Below, piece by piece: positions 9,738 through 19,569 of a stretch of 64,000 nt of DNA. The position numbers were made by a program, and so were the translations under genes. Numbering within the stretch: position 1 is the first letter of the stretch; each line of letters opens with the position of its first letter. The notes beneath the pieces were generated by a model. It did no database searches and was not told the DNA's origin. It was given only the letters and a program-made list of their open reading frames with translations. The DNA comes from Armatimonadota bacterium (GTDB lineage: Bacteria > Armatimonadota > SYMT01). The stretch lies in contig JBKBRF010000017.1 in assembly GCA_046292385.1 (NCBI GenBank), positions 61,360 to 125,359 on the forward strand, read 5' to 3'.

Positions 9738-11326
9738 AACAGTCCGCCCGGTCGCGCCTGCGCCGCGCGCCGCGGCGGAGCTCCCCCCTCGCGCTGCTGG
9801 CGGTGGCTGCCGCCCTGGTGGTGGTCGGTCCGCCGCTGCTCTGGCTCGCGGCGGCCGCGCTGCGCGCTCCCGCGGAGGCGGGGCCTCCGCTGCTCGACCC
9901 GCTGGCGCGCGGACTCCTCACCCGCAGTCTTACCGTGGCGGGGCTCGCCGCCCTGCTCGCGCTGCTCCTGGGCGCCCCGCTCGGCTGGGCGCTGGCTCGC
10001 CTGCGCCTGCCGGGGCGGCGCCTGCTGACCGTCGGGTGCCTGGCGCCGCTGCTCCTGCCGCCCTACGCCGCCGCGCACGCCTGGAGCCAGCTCCTGGCGC
10101 GGGAGGGGCCGGTGAACCGGGCGCTGCTGGGCGGGGGCTGGATCGAGACGCCGATCGCGCCCGACCGGCACGCGTGGGTCGCCGCCGCCGTCCTCGCCTT
10201 CACGTACTGGCCGATCGCGGCGTGGCTGGTGCGGTTCGCCGCCCGCGCCGTGCCGCGGAACCTGGAGGATGCCGCCCGCATGGAGCTGCCGACGGAGCGG
10301 GCGCTCCTCCTCGCGGGGTGGCCCGCCGTGAGCCGCGCCGTCGGCACCGCCGCGCTGCTGCTCTTCCTGCTCTCCCTGGCCGACTTCGGCGTCACCAACT
10401 CCCTGGGACTGCCGACCTACCCCGTGGAGATCGTCCGCACGTTCCAGTCCCAGCCGGTCGGGGTGGTGATGCGCCTGGCCCTCCCGCTGCTCGTCCTGGT
10501 CGTCCCGCTCGTGGCGCTGCAGAGCCGCCTGCTCGAGGGAACGCCGCTGGCACCCGCGGGCGAATCCGGAGAGCCGCTGCGGGCGAGCCTCCTCGTGCGC
10601 GCAGGGCTGGCTGGCTGGGGGGCGGCGGCGATCGGGCTCTCCGTGCTGGTGCCGCTGGGGGTGCTGGCGGCCGAGTCGCTGCCGCTTCACACCTACGTCG
10701 AAGTGTGGGGCGAGAGCGCGGACCACTTCGTCAACACGCTCCTCTCCGCCGGAGGCGGGGCGCTGCTGGCCGGAGCCCTGGCCGTCGGCTACGTCTGGGC
10801 GGTGCGCGGCCGGCGGGTGCGGGGGCTCGATCTGCTCCTGACGCTGCCCTACGCGCTGCCCGGATCGCTGGTCGGCATCGCGCTGATCCAGCTCCTCAAC
10901 CGCCCCGGCCCGGCCGAGCTGCTCTATTCCTCCCTCGGCGGCCTGGTGTGGCTCTACGCCATCCTCTTCCTGCCGTTCCCGTACAAGACGGTTCAGCTCG
11001 CCTGGGGGCACGTGGACCGGGAGCTGCTGGAGGACGCTCTTCTCCAGGGGGCGAGCCCGTGGCAGCAGTTCCGGGCCGCGGCTTGGCCGGCGCTGCGCCC
11101 GTTCGCGACCGCGGGCGGGGTGATCGCCGCCCTGCTCTCCGCCCGCGAGATCGACGGCACGGCGCTCCTGCGGATCCCCGGCGGCGACACCATCGCCTTC
11201 CGGATCTACGACTACCTCCACTTCGCACCCGGTCCTAAGCTCGGGGCGCTCTGCGTGCTCCTGGTGCTCCTGAGCGGCGCGGTAGCCGGCCTGGCGCTGC
11301 GCTGGGGTGGCCGCGCGAGCGAGTAG
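9734..11326 (+). CDS. ABC transporter permease (FbpB-like, two membrane domains)
   Basis: Hydrophobic protein with two EAA-like motifs (LEDAARME, LLEDALLQGAS). Overlaps the SBP stop (GTGA). Confidence 0.88.
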   Translation: MKQSARSRLRRAPRRSSPLALLAVAAALVVVGPPLLWLAAAALRAPAEAGPPLLDPLARGLLTRSLTVAGLAALLALLLGAPLGWALARLRLPGRRLLTVGCLAPLLLPPYAAAHAWSQLLAREGPVNRALLGGGWIETPIAPDRHAWVAAAVLAFTYWPIAAWLVRFAARAVPRNLEDAARMELPTERALLLAGWPAVSRAVGTAALLLFLLSLADFGVTNSLGLPTYPVEIVRTFQSQPVGVVMRLALPLLVLVVPLVALQSRLLEGTPLAPAGESGEPLRASLLVRAGLAGWGAAAIGLSVLVPLGVLAAESLPLHTYVEVWGESADHFVNTLLSAGGGALLAGALAVGYVWAVRGRRVRGLDLLLTLPYALPGSLVGIALIQLLNRPGPAELLYSSLGGLVWLYAILFLPFPYKTVQLAWGHVDRELLEDALLQGASPWQQFRAAAWPALRPFATAGGVIAALLSAREIDGTALLRIPGGDTIAFRIYDYLHFAPGPKLGALCVLLVLLSGAVAGLALRWGGRASE

Positions 11327-11416
11327 CCGCTGCGGGGACGACCCCTGGACTGCGCGACGTACCGCGAAAAAGAAGTGACCAAACCCGCTGGTTTCTGCGT
11401 CTACCTGGTTAAGGGG

Positions 11417-11445
11417 TTGTGAAAACGTTGCGCGTCGTCTATACT
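11417..11445 (+). promoter_or_regulatory. Sigma-70-type promoter
   Basis: TTGTGA (11417-22), 17-nt spacer, TATACT (11440-45) in an AT-rich patch. Confidence 0.7.
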
Positions 11446-11463
11446 CTGGTAGGAGTTGATGAC

Positions 11464-11547
11464 ATGGAAGCCGGCTCGATGCTAATTGCCCTCGTGGGGG
11501 CAGGGTTCATGACCTTCGTGGGGTATTACATCGCCCGCGGCGATTAA
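11464..11547 (+). CDS. Small single-pass membrane protein, 27 aa (MEAGSMLIALVGAGFMTFVGYYIARGD)
   Basis: AGGAG RBS at 11451-55, promoter immediately upstream and one hydrophobic helix. Below the ORF-track cutoff. Confidence 0.65.
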   Translation: MEAGSMLIALVGAGFMTFVGYYIARGD

Positions 11548-11637
11548 GGCGCCGGCTGCCCTGGCGGCCTGCCGATAGATTTTGCGCGCCACGCCCTTTG
11601 GGGTGTGGCGTTGCTGCGTACCGGCCCCCTTTCCCGC

Positions 11638-12141
11638 TCACCGGCCGCGGCTGGGCCACGGGAGCGGACCTCCGGTTTCCACCCAGGTCTTCAGCGACGA
11701 CAGGATCACGTCCCACGAGGCTTCCAGGGCGTTGTAGGCGCTGCTGGCCGGGTGGAAGCGGGAGTGGGTCAGCTCCAGGCAGCACATCCGGTCGCCGCAG
11801 CGGACCAGCTCCAGCTCCACCCGGCTGGGCGGGTCCGGCTCCAGGAGCGCGTTCTCCGCCGCGGCGTACGCGAAGCTGTGCACCAGCCGCCGCCCCGGCA
11901 CCAGCTCCTGAACCGTCCCCTCGACGACCGGCGTACCGCCCAGCTTGCTGACGTACTGCACCGGGTCTCCTACCGCCTGGAGCGGCAGGAGCAGCGGCGC
12001 CAGATGATAGCGCTCCGTCAACTCCGGCTCCACCAGCCAGGGCCAGAGCTCCTCCGCCGGCACCCCCACGTAGAGCCGGCGGCGAACCGATCCGGTGAGG
12101 GTGACCGACTGGGGCTTCTGCTGCTCGTCGTGCTGCGTCAT
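11638..12141 (-). CDS. SRPBCC/AHSA1-like domain protein
   Basis: RRLYV.VPAEELWPWL..PELTERY, PGRRLVHSF, PSRV..EL and W..ILSSLKT..ETG motifs. Confidence 0.85.
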   Translation of the reverse strand: MTQHDEQQKPQSVTLTGSVRRRLYVGVPAEELWPWLVEPELTERYHLAPLLLPLQAVGDPVQYVSKLGGTPVVEGTVQELVPGRRLVHSFAYAAAENALLEPDPPSRVELELVRCGDRMCCLELTHSRFHPASSAYNALEASWDVILSSLKTWVETGGPLPWPSRGR

Positions 12142-12180
12142 GCTTCTGGCTCCCATTCTCCCGCGGGAGAGGCGAATTCG

Positions 12181-12269
12181 GTATTCCGTATCGCGCAGCG
12201 GAGCGCCTCCCCGCCCGGCACGACGTGACGAAAGCCGGCAGCCGCACTGCGCTACGCAATACGAGATAC
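12181..12269. repeat. Truncated copy of the CGTATT-armed palindromic repeat family
   Basis: Shares gtattccgtatcgcg, cgcccggcacgacg and cgctacgcaatacg.gatac with the copies at 40232 and 50631. Confidence 0.8.
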
Positions 12270-12470
12270 TCGCTGCGTCGATCTCCTCAAACAATCCGTC
12301 ACATGCCGTTTAGAGTTTGCCCTCCCGCGGTAAATCGGCGGCGGAGTAAGCCGCAAGATCGTCGCAGACGGTTGTTCTCCACGGCTCGAGCTGAGAGGGG
12401 CTCCTCCCTGGAGCAGCGAGCCGGCGGACGGCGCTCCCCCAACCGTGTGATCCATCCGGAGGTAGATCAG

Positions 12471-13439
12471 ATGAAGTTCCACGCTTTCACGCTGGCATTC
12501 GCCGGCGTTCTGGTGGCCGGCGCCGCGTCTGCGGGCGAGCGGGTCCAGTCCGAAGTCCAGGCCGATCGCGTGACGGTCGAGCGCAGCATGGACCGGGACG
12601 GCACCAGCCGGTACAGCTACTACGAGCGGACCTTCTTCGTCGAGCCGCTCTACACCGATCTCCCCAGCGTTGAGGAAGTGGCGCGCAAGGTCTCGGACAT
12701 CGTGGCGAAGCAGCGCACCGAGATCGCGATGCTGAGCTCCGTGCAGCCCGCCGCGCGCACCGCCGGCTTCAATAACGTGGCGACGGTCTACGACTACATG
12801 ATCCAGGACCACGACCGCCTGGCCGACTTCGGCAGCGAGTGGCTCAGCGAGCGCGGCTTCTCCGTGCCGGCGACCACCGCAGAGCCGGCCGCGTTCGAAG
12901 GCTCGCCGGAGGCGAGCGTGGAGGAGCAGATCCAGATGCACCAGCGCGCCTTTAACGAGGCGCTGGAGATGCGCCGCAACGAGCGGAGCTCCACCGTGCG
13001 CGGCATGCTCCTCTGGGCGGCGGCGGGCGCGATGCAGCACATCAGCCTGCTGCAGACGCTGGACCGTGACATCGAGATGGGCCGCCGGTCGATCTCGGCT
13101 CGCCTGAACTCGATGATGGACGGCAACTTCGTGGCGAGCAACACCAACTGGCTCGACCAGATCATCGCCGAGGACCGCGCCTACTTCGAATCGATCCAGC
13201 GGACCACGGTCACCACGACGACCACCCCGCCGACCACGGCTGCCGAAACCACGGTGCCGCAGATCGTGCAGGTGATCGAGGTGGAGCGGCCGGTGGAGCG
13301 GATCGTAGAGAAGCCGGTCATCGTAGAGCGCGTCGTGGAGCGCGTCGTGGAGCGTCCGGTCTACGTGGAGCGGCCGGTCGTCCGCAGCCGCGTGGCCGGC
13401 CAGCGCCAGACCACCCCGCGCCGCCGCCCCGCCAAGTAA
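12471..13439 (+). CDS. Secreted hypothetical protein: ferritin-like (DUF305/DUF4142-like) core plus Val/Glu/Pro-rich repeats
   Basis: GGAGG RBS, signal peptide, helices with E/H residues (MIQDH, QMH, MQH), a Thr-rich linker and a VERPVERIVEKPVIVE tail. Confidence 0.7.
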   Translation: MKFHAFTLAFAGVLVAGAASAGERVQSEVQADRVTVERSMDRDGTSRYSYYERTFFVEPLYTDLPSVEEVARKVSDIVAKQRTEIAMLSSVQPAARTAGFNNVATVYDYMIQDHDRLADFGSEWLSERGFSVPATTAEPAAFEGSPEASVEEQIQMHQRAFNEALEMRRNERSSTVRGMLLWAAAGAMQHISLLQTLDRDIEMGRRSISARLNSMMDGNFVASNTNWLDQIIAEDRAYFESIQRTTVTTTTTPPTTAAETTVPQIVQVIEVERPVERIVEKPVIVERVVERVVERPVYVERPVVRSRVAGQRQTTPRRRPAK

Positions 13440-13477
13440 GCGAGTCGGGCGGTACCCGCACGGGGATCCGTGCCGCG

Positions 13478-13508
13478 ACGGGGAGTGGAGCAGCCCTCCA
13501 CTCCCCGT
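13478..13508. terminator. Hairpin between convergent genes
   Basis: acggggagtggag pairs with ctccactccccgt. Confidence 0.65.
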
Positions 13509-13540
13509 TCGCGCGTCTATACCGGGCAGGTGCGAGCGCC

Positions 13541-14398
13541 CTACGCGCGGCCGCCGGGGCGGCCCGGACCACCGCCGGGGCGACCACCGGGGCGATTACC
13601 GGGACCCCCGAAGCCGCCGAAGCTCGGCTGCGGCAGGGTGATCTTCTTGCCCTGCATCTGCTGGAACTGCTTCTTCTGCGCCGCGGTGAGCACGCCGTTC
13701 AGCTTGGCGTCGGTGCTCTGGCGAAGCTGCTGCATCTTCTGGAACGCCTGCGGGTTGGGGCCGCCGCCCGGGCCGCCGGGACCGCCGCCGCTGCCGCCGC
13801 TGAACGCCGCGCGCATCCCGTCGCGCTCCGCCTGCAGCGCCGCGTCGACCTGCTTCTTCTGGGCCGCGGTCAGCTTCAGCGCGCTCGCCACCTCGGCGCG
13901 GTTGAGGGCGCGCGCGCCGGCCTGCTGCAGCTCGATCTGCTTCAGGCGCTTCATCTGCTGCGCGTTGAGGATGGCGGAGAGCTCCTTCTCCTGCTCCTTG
14001 CGCATCTGCGCCATCCGCTGCTCCCGCTGGGCCGGCGTCATGTTGCGGAAGCCGCCACCCCCGCCGGGACCGCCTCCCGGGCCACCCGGGCGCCCACCGC
14101 CGGGACCGCCGGGACCACCGGGTCCACCGGGCCGGCCGCCGGGGCCGCGCAGCGCCTGGATCTTGGAGATCTGCGCCTGGCTGAGCTTCAGCTCTTTCTG
14201 CACCTCCGGGGTCTGGGCCAGCTGGCGCAGCCCGCCGAAGCCGAAGCCCCGGAAGCCCCCTCCGCCTGGACGTCCGCCGGGACCGCCGGGACCGCCGGGA
14301 CCGCGGCCGGGGCCGCCGGGACGCTGCGCGAGCGCAGCGGTAGAAGTAGTGGCCAGCAGCGCGGCCACACTAACGACGAGCAGCTTTCGACACTTCAT
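13541..14398 (-). CDS. Secreted Gly/Pro-rich protein with LTxxQ-like (Spy/CpxP-like) helical repeats
   Basis: Signal peptide, GPGG tracts, and LKLSQAQ, ILNAQQ, LKLTAAQ and VLTAAQ motifs. Confidence 0.7.
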   Translation of the reverse strand: MKCRKLLVVSVAALLATTSTAALAQRPGGPGRGPGGPGGPGGRPGGGGFRGFGFGGLRQLAQTPEVQKELKLSQAQISKIQALRGPGGRPGGPGGPGGPGGGRPGGPGGGPGGGGGFRNMTPAQREQRMAQMRKEQEKELSAILNAQQMKRLKQIELQQAGARALNRAEVASALKLTAAQKKQVDAALQAERDGMRAAFSGGSGGGPGGPGGGPNPQAFQKMQQLRQSTDAKLNGVLTAAQKKQFQQMQGKKITLPQPSFGGFGGPGNRPGGRPGGGPGRPGGRA

Positions 14399-14618
14399 GG
14401 GATCTCTCCGGAACGGTCGCGTTCGACCGGGCACCATTGCCCGGTCCTGGAACGAGGACGATGGCTCCGCTGGCGGGGTGCCTGCGGAGCGTGGAGCCGG
14501 GCCAGCGAAAGAAAAGCGCTGCGTGCCGGCACGTGCTCGTGGAGCAGGCCGGCACTAGTTAGAACGGTCTCTCCCCAGACAGAGTTCGGAAGTCGGGGGG
14601 CGCAACACCTCCGCAGTA

Positions 14619-15950
14619 TTACCGTCCGCGGCCGGCGCCTGTGCCGCCGGCTCCGGTGCGGCCGGTGCCGATGCGCGCAGCGTTCCCGCCGGACCTGCCG
14701 GTGTTCCCCTGCGCTTCGCCGAAGGCCGGCGCGCCGGAGTTGCCCGAGTTACCCGTCCGCCGCATCGTCTGCGGGTTGCTGATCGGCTGCGGTGCGGTGC
14801 TCGCGTCGGAGGCGCCGGGGGCCCGGGCGCCGGTGCGCCGCGCCGTCTGCGGGTTGGAGCTGGCCACGGGCGAGCCGCTGGACGAGAAGGCGCTGGTGCT
14901 GCCGCCGGAGCTCGCGCTGCGGCCGCCGCCGAATCCTCCGCCGCCCTGGCTGCGCCCGCCCATCGCGGCGCCGCCCCGGTTGGCCGAGGCCGCGAAGCCG
15001 CCGCCCCCGTTTCCGAACGCTCCGCCTCCGCCCGCGCTGCCGGCGGAGCTGCGGTTCCGGCCACCGCTGCTGCGAGAGGCGCGGTTCCCCGCGCTACTGC
15101 GGGGGGTGCTTGCCGAGCGCCGCGAGGCGCCGCCGTTTCCACCGGAGCCCGAGAAGCCGGCGCGACCCCCGAAGCCGCCCGCGCCGCCGCGCGTGCCGCG
15201 GCCGCCGAAGCCGCCGCCGGGCCGCTGCGCCATCCGTGCATCGTCCGCTCCGCCCGGGCCGCCGAATGGCGCGAAGGCTCCGGCGCCATCCCCCGAGCCG
15301 CCGCTTGCCGAGACCCCGCCGCCTGCACCCCCCGCGCTGGCCGAAGCGAGGAGGAGCGGCTGTTCGCCGACGCGCAGCACGAACTCCTCGCCGCCGCGGG
15401 AGAGGGTCGCCGTCTCGTCATCTACCTCGACCAGCGTCACCCCGAAGGCGCGCTCGCCCACGTGGATCGATTCCCGCCGCCGGCTGGGAACGTCCACCAG
15501 CATCACCTGGTCGCCGCTGTTGGAGCGCATCACGCCGGCCAGCGCGACGTTCTGGCGGGTATCCGGCGGGGTCGGGGCAGGCCGGGAGGCGGGCGAGGGC
15601 AGTGCCGGGACCGCGGCGAGCGCCGGTCTCTCCGCCTGCGCCGGAGCTGCGGGCCGGGGAGCCGCCGGCTGCGCCGGAGGCGGCGCGGGCGCGGCCGGGC
15701 GCGTTTTTGCCGGGACCGGCGGCGCGGCATCGAACGGCACGTAGCCGCTCGCCCTCGGCGTCTCCCACGAGAAGGCGTCGCCGGACGGGGCGGGCCGGCT
15801 CTGCAGCCGCTCTGCGAGCGCTCGCAGCGACTGGACGTCGCCGCCCGCCGTCTCCGGGGCCGAGCCGGCAATCATCATGGCCCAGCCGCCTCCGGCGACC
15901 AGAACCACCGCGGCGGCGGCCAGAACCAGCGTGGACGAGCGGTGCCGCAT
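14619..15950 (-). CDS. Membrane-anchored protein with GspC/PilP-like beta domain and long Gly/Ser/Arg-rich tail
   Basis: N-terminal TM, Pro/Ala linker and LAGVM...VMLVD...VGE.AFG.TLVEV....ATL..GGE..VL pattern. GGAGG RBS. Confidence 0.6.
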   Translation of the reverse strand: MRHRSSTLVLAAAAVVLVAGGGWAMMIAGSAPETAGGDVQSLRALAERLQSRPAPSGDAFSWETPRASGYVPFDAAPPVPAKTRPAAPAPPPAQPAAPRPAAPAQAERPALAAVPALPSPASRPAPTPPDTRQNVALAGVMRSNSGDQVMLVDVPSRRRESIHVGERAFGVTLVEVDDETATLSRGGEEFVLRVGEQPLLLASASAGGAGGGVSASGGSGDGAGAFAPFGGPGGADDARMAQRPGGGFGGRGTRGGAGGFGGRAGFSGSGGNGGASRRSASTPRSSAGNRASRSSGGRNRSSAGSAGGGGAFGNGGGGFAASANRGGAAMGGRSQGGGGFGGGRSASSGGSTSAFSSSGSPVASSNPQTARRTGARAPGASDASTAPQPISNPQTMRRTGNSGNSGAPAFGEAQGNTGRSGGNAARIGTGRTGAGGTGAGRGR

Positions 15951-16076
15951 CTCTACCTCCGTACTTCAGAACTGCGATACAGCCCCTCAGACGAGCAGGA
16001 GGTGAAGATTTTGTAAACGTTCCAACCGGGATTGCGGCGAGATTGTTGACCCGCTCGGATCCCTTCTGCCTGGAGC

Positions 16077-17489
16077 TCAGCGTCCGCGGCGGCTGCCGGG
16101 GGCGGGGTAGCGCTTCGACGCATCGTCCAGCACCAGGACCCAGTCGATCTGCTCCCCCGCGTCCGGCGGGGTGAACCGGTGGGTGCCGGTGTTGGGGAGC
16201 TCGCCGATCGCGGTGGCGCGGCCGGTGCGGGGATTGAACCACCACGCCTTGACCTTGTTGCCGTGGATCTTGTCCATCTGCACGGAGAACGGCCGCCCGA
16301 TCGGCGCATAGACCATCGCGTAGGTGCCCGCCTCGTCCCGCGTGGCGACATACCGCCGCGTGCCCGCGCCGGGGACGGAGGTCGGGACGGCGTCGGTCAC
16401 GACGATCGAGTCGTCTGGCACGCGCGTCAGGAACGGCCGGCTCTCGATCAGCCAGCGCCCGTACTGCATCTGCGCGGCGCCGGGCTGGTCGATCGCCTCG
16501 TGCCACGGCAGCAGCGGATTGTTGATCGGGGCGCGGCCGGGCTGCCACATCTGCCACACCGAGTGGTGCCCGTAGGTATGCCCGAACGCGCCCGTGAAGA
16601 GGTCCCAGTAGAGCGGCCGGCGCACGTCGGCGGAGATCGAGTGGCCCAGGATCTTCGCATTGAAGGAGACCGGGTGGTCCTCGTAGACCGGCTCGCCATC
16701 CAGCACCGGCTTTACCGGGGTGCGGTCGTAGTCGGCCTTCGTGGCGTCGTAGCGGCCGGTGAACTCCACCGCGTGCCCGTTCTGGCGCATGTTGAAGTCG
16801 AGCCACTCCTCCCCGTGAAACCACTGGGCGGAGCCGGCGCCGCCGGGCGGGTGGAACGTGATCAGGTGGCGACCGCCGTCTCCCCGGCGGATCCCGCGGG
16901 CCATCGCGCGGATGATCTCCCGGTGGCCGTCACTCTCGATCGGCCGGTCGCCGCCCACGATCCAGATCACGCTCCGGTCGCGGTACCGCCGCGCCAGCCA
17001 CTCGCCGTAGGCTTCCGCGTTCGACGGTGTAAAGATCTCCGGCCCCACGCCCCACTTCTTGTTCCACTTGTCGCCCCAGGTCGGGAGCATGCCGATGGTG
17101 AGCCCCAGCTCGTTGGCGCGCTCGACGATCCAGTCGACGTGCTTCCAGTACTCCTCGTTCGGCTGGGTGGGGTCGTTGTTCTTCAGCGGCCGATGTCCGT
17201 ATGGGTTGGGGTCGTTCAGGCCGTCCAACTCCGCCAGCGCCACCGCCTGGATGACGGTGAAGCCGTTCTTCGCGCGGTTCCGCAGGTAGCGGTCCGCCTC
17301 TTCCCGGTTCAGCCGGTGGAACAGCTCCCACGCCGTGTCGCCCAGGTAAAAGAACGGCTGCCCGTTCTCCTGCACCAGAAACCGCCGGTTTTCGCTTACC
17401 CGCAGCCGAGCGGGAGCCGGGGCGGCACTGCCCGCCGTCACCGCCAGCACGGAGACCAGCAGCAGCGCGGTCATCACGAATCGCTCCAT
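16077..17489 (-). CDS. DUF4038 / GH140 (apiosidase-like) glycoside hydrolase with C-terminal collagen-binding-like domain
   Basis: [47 protein letters not shown] and DWVLVL motifs. Confidence 0.88.
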   Translation of the reverse strand: MERFVMTALLLVSVLAVTAGSAAPAPARLRVSENRRFLVQENGQPFFYLGDTAWELFHRLNREEADRYLRNRAKNGFTVIQAVALAELDGLNDPNPYGHRPLKNNDPTQPNEEYWKHVDWIVERANELGLTIGMLPTWGDKWNKKWGVGPEIFTPSNAEAYGEWLARRYRDRSVIWIVGGDRPIESDGHREIIRAMARGIRRGDGGRHLITFHPPGGAGSAQWFHGEEWLDFNMRQNGHAVEFTGRYDATKADYDRTPVKPVLDGEPVYEDHPVSFNAKILGHSISADVRRPLYWDLFTGAFGHTYGHHSVWQMWQPGRAPINNPLLPWHEAIDQPGAAQMQYGRWLIESRPFLTRVPDDSIVVTDAVPTSVPGAGTRRYVATRDEAGTYAMVYAPIGRPFSVQMDKIHGNKVKAWWFNPRTGRATAIGELPNTGTHRFTPPDAGEQIDWVLVLDDASKRYPAPGSRRGR

Positions 17490-17525
17490 GGGGTTTTCTC
17501 CGTCTCGAGCCCTCCGTACCCAGGC

Positions 17526-17560
17526 ACTCCTACTCCTGCTCGTACTCGTTCTCCTTCTCG
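17526..17560. repeat. Degenerate hexamer tandem repeat (CTCCTA/CTCGTA-like)
   Basis: actcctactcctgctcgtactcgttctccttctcg. A related tract in the opposite orientation lies at 59091-59122. Confidence 0.6.
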
Positions 17561-17649
17561 AAGGCATTCCGGTCTCTCCGCACACCCGAAAGATACGCAG
17601 GAGGATCTTACTACACGTAAAATGTACCTGCATCGGGAGGGAGGCGGCG

Positions 17650-18780
17650 GTGAAGAGTGAAGGCGAGCTGCGGAACCAGCTCCGCGCCGTGCGGACCCGC
17701 CTGGGCCTGAGTCAGCAGGAGCTGGCGGCGGCGGCGGGCATTACGCGGCAGACGGTCGGCGGCATCGAGGGGGAGCTCTACGCTCCTTCCGCCAGTGTGG
17801 CACTCAAGCTCGCGCGCGCGCTCGGCTGCCGGGTGGAGGAGCTGTTCTGGCTGGACGGCGACCCCGCCTCGGTCCCTGCGGTGCCCGCGGAGGGGCTGCC
17901 GGAGGGGGACGGCCTCCGCATAGCGCTGGCGCGGGTCGGCGCGCGCTGGGTCGCCCATCCGCTGCTCGGGGACGATGCCGTGCGGGAGGAAATGGTCCCC
18001 TGCGACGGCCTGGCCGCGCATTCCGGCGGCGGCGCGGTGGTGCGGCTGCTGGATGACGCCGGCGCGCTGGAGCGGACAGTCGCCCTCGCCGGCTGCACCC
18101 CCGCCCTCTCGCTCTGGGCACGCGCCGCGGAGCGGTGGCACCCGGGGCTGCGGGTCCACTGGAGCTTCGCCAACAGCAGCCGGGCGCTGGCGAGCCTGGC
18201 GCGGGGGGAGGTCCACCTGGCGGGGCTGCACCTCTGCGATCCCCGCACCGGAGAGTTCAACACGCCGTTCGTGCGGGCGGCGCTCCGCGGCCGGGCGGTG
18301 ACGCTGGTGAACCTGGGGACCTGGGAAGAGGGCTTCCTGGTGCGCGCAAGCAACCCGCTCGGCCTCCGCGGCGGCGCCGACCTGGCCCGGCCGGACGTGC
18401 GCCTCGTCAACCGGGAGGCGGGTGCCGGCTCGCGCCTGCTGCTCGACGAGACCCTCGCCGCCGCCGGGGTCTCGCCGGACGGGGTGCGCGGCTACACGGA
18501 GACGGTGCGGGGACATTGGGAGGTCGCGCGGGCGGTCGCCTCGGGCGCCGCCGACGTGGGCGTGAGCACCGCCACCGTCGCGCTCGCCTACGGGCTCGGC
18601 TTCCTCCCGCTGCGCGAGGTCCGGTACGACCTGGCCGTGCTGAACGAGTACCGGGAGCACGAGCCGGTGCGGCAGCTCCTCGCCACGCTGGGGCACCGCT
18701 GGATCCGCTCGCAGCTCGGGGTGCTGGGAGGCTACGACACCACGCGGACCGGCGAGGTGGTGGCGGAGGTCGCGGCGTGA
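17650..18780 (+). CDS. XRE-family HTH fused to PBP-superfamily (molybdate-binding) domain regulator
   Basis: N-terminal HTH (LGLSQQELA...ITRQT), plus [18 protein letters not shown] and YDL motifs. Directly upstream of modABC; GTG start after GGGAGG. Confidence 0.88.
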   Translation: MKSEGELRNQLRAVRTRLGLSQQELAAAAGITRQTVGGIEGELYAPSASVALKLARALGCRVEELFWLDGDPASVPAVPAEGLPEGDGLRIALARVGARWVAHPLLGDDAVREEMVPCDGLAAHSGGGAVVRLLDDAGALERTVALAGCTPALSLWARAAERWHPGLRVHWSFANSSRALASLARGEVHLAGLHLCDPRTGEFNTPFVRAALRGRAVTLVNLGTWEEGFLVRASNPLGLRGGADLARPDVRLVNREAGAGSRLLLDETLAAAGVSPDGVRGYTETVRGHWEVARAVASGAADVGVSTATVALAYGLGFLPLREVRYDLAVLNEYREHEPVRQLLATLGHRWIRSQLGVLGGYDTTRTGEVVAEVAA

Positions 18781-19559
18781 ATCGTCCTCTCCTCTGGCTC
18801 GCCCTTGCCGTGCTGTCCGCGACCGCACTCTCGTGTGCGCCAGGGGGTAAGTCGGAAGGGGACCGCACGCTCACGGTCTACGCGGCGGCGTCACTCACCG
18901 ACGCCTTCAACGAGCTGGGACCGGCGTTCGAGCGCGCCCATCCCGGCTGGCGCGTGCGCGTCAGCTACGGCGCCTCCTCCACGCTGCGGACGCAGATCGA
19001 GCAGGGCGCACCCGCGGACCTCTTCGCCTCCGCCGACTGGCAGCAGATGGAGCCACTGGCCGGCGCGAGCCGCGTGGAGACGCCGGTGGCGTTCGCGCGC
19101 AACCGGCTGGCAATCGCCGTGCCGGAGGGGAACCCCGGCGGCATCCGCTCCCCTCGCGATCTCGCCCGTCCGGGCCTCCGCCTCGTGACCGCCGCCGGCA
19201 CGGTGCCGGTCGGCCGCTACACGCAGGAGGCGCTGGAAAAGCTCGGCCGCATGGAGGGTTATCCGAACGACTTCGCGGGCGCGGTGAACCGGAGCGTCGT
19301 CTCCCAGGAGAGCAACGTGCGCGCCGTGCTGGCCAAAGTGGAGCTGGGAGAGGCGGACGCGGGCATCGTCTACGAGACCGACTTCCGCAGCTCCGCGCAC
19401 GTGAAGGCGGTGGAGATTCCCGCCGGCGCAAACGTGGAGGCGTCGTACCCGATCGCCGTGGTCGCCGGAACCCGGAACGCGGAGGGCGCTCGGGAGCTCG
19501 CGCGGTTCGTCACCGGGGAAGCGGGGCAGGCGATCCTGCGCCGTCACGGGTTCCGGTAG
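18777..19559 (+). CDS. modA: Molybdate ABC transporter substrate-binding protein
   Basis: VYAAASLTDAF, GASSTL..QIEQGAPADLFASA, VPVGRY and GEADAGIVY.TD motifs. Confidence 0.93.
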   Translation: MNRPLLWLALAVLSATALSCAPGGKSEGDRTLTVYAAASLTDAFNELGPAFERAHPGWRVRVSYGASSTLRTQIEQGAPADLFASADWQQMEPLAGASRVETPVAFARNRLAIAVPEGNPGGIRSPRDLARPGLRLVTAAGTVPVGRYTQEALEKLGRMEGYPNDFAGAVNRSVVSQESNVRAVLAKVELGEADAGIVYETDFRSSAHVKAVEIPAGANVEASYPIAVVAGTRNAEGARELARFVTGEAGQAILRRHGFR

Positions 19560-19569
19560 CGGAGACGAG

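Noticed and set aside
8694..11326. ABC importer lacking its ATPase as a pseudogene cluster
   Set aside because: Both ORFs are intact, and ATPases are often encoded elsewhere or shared.
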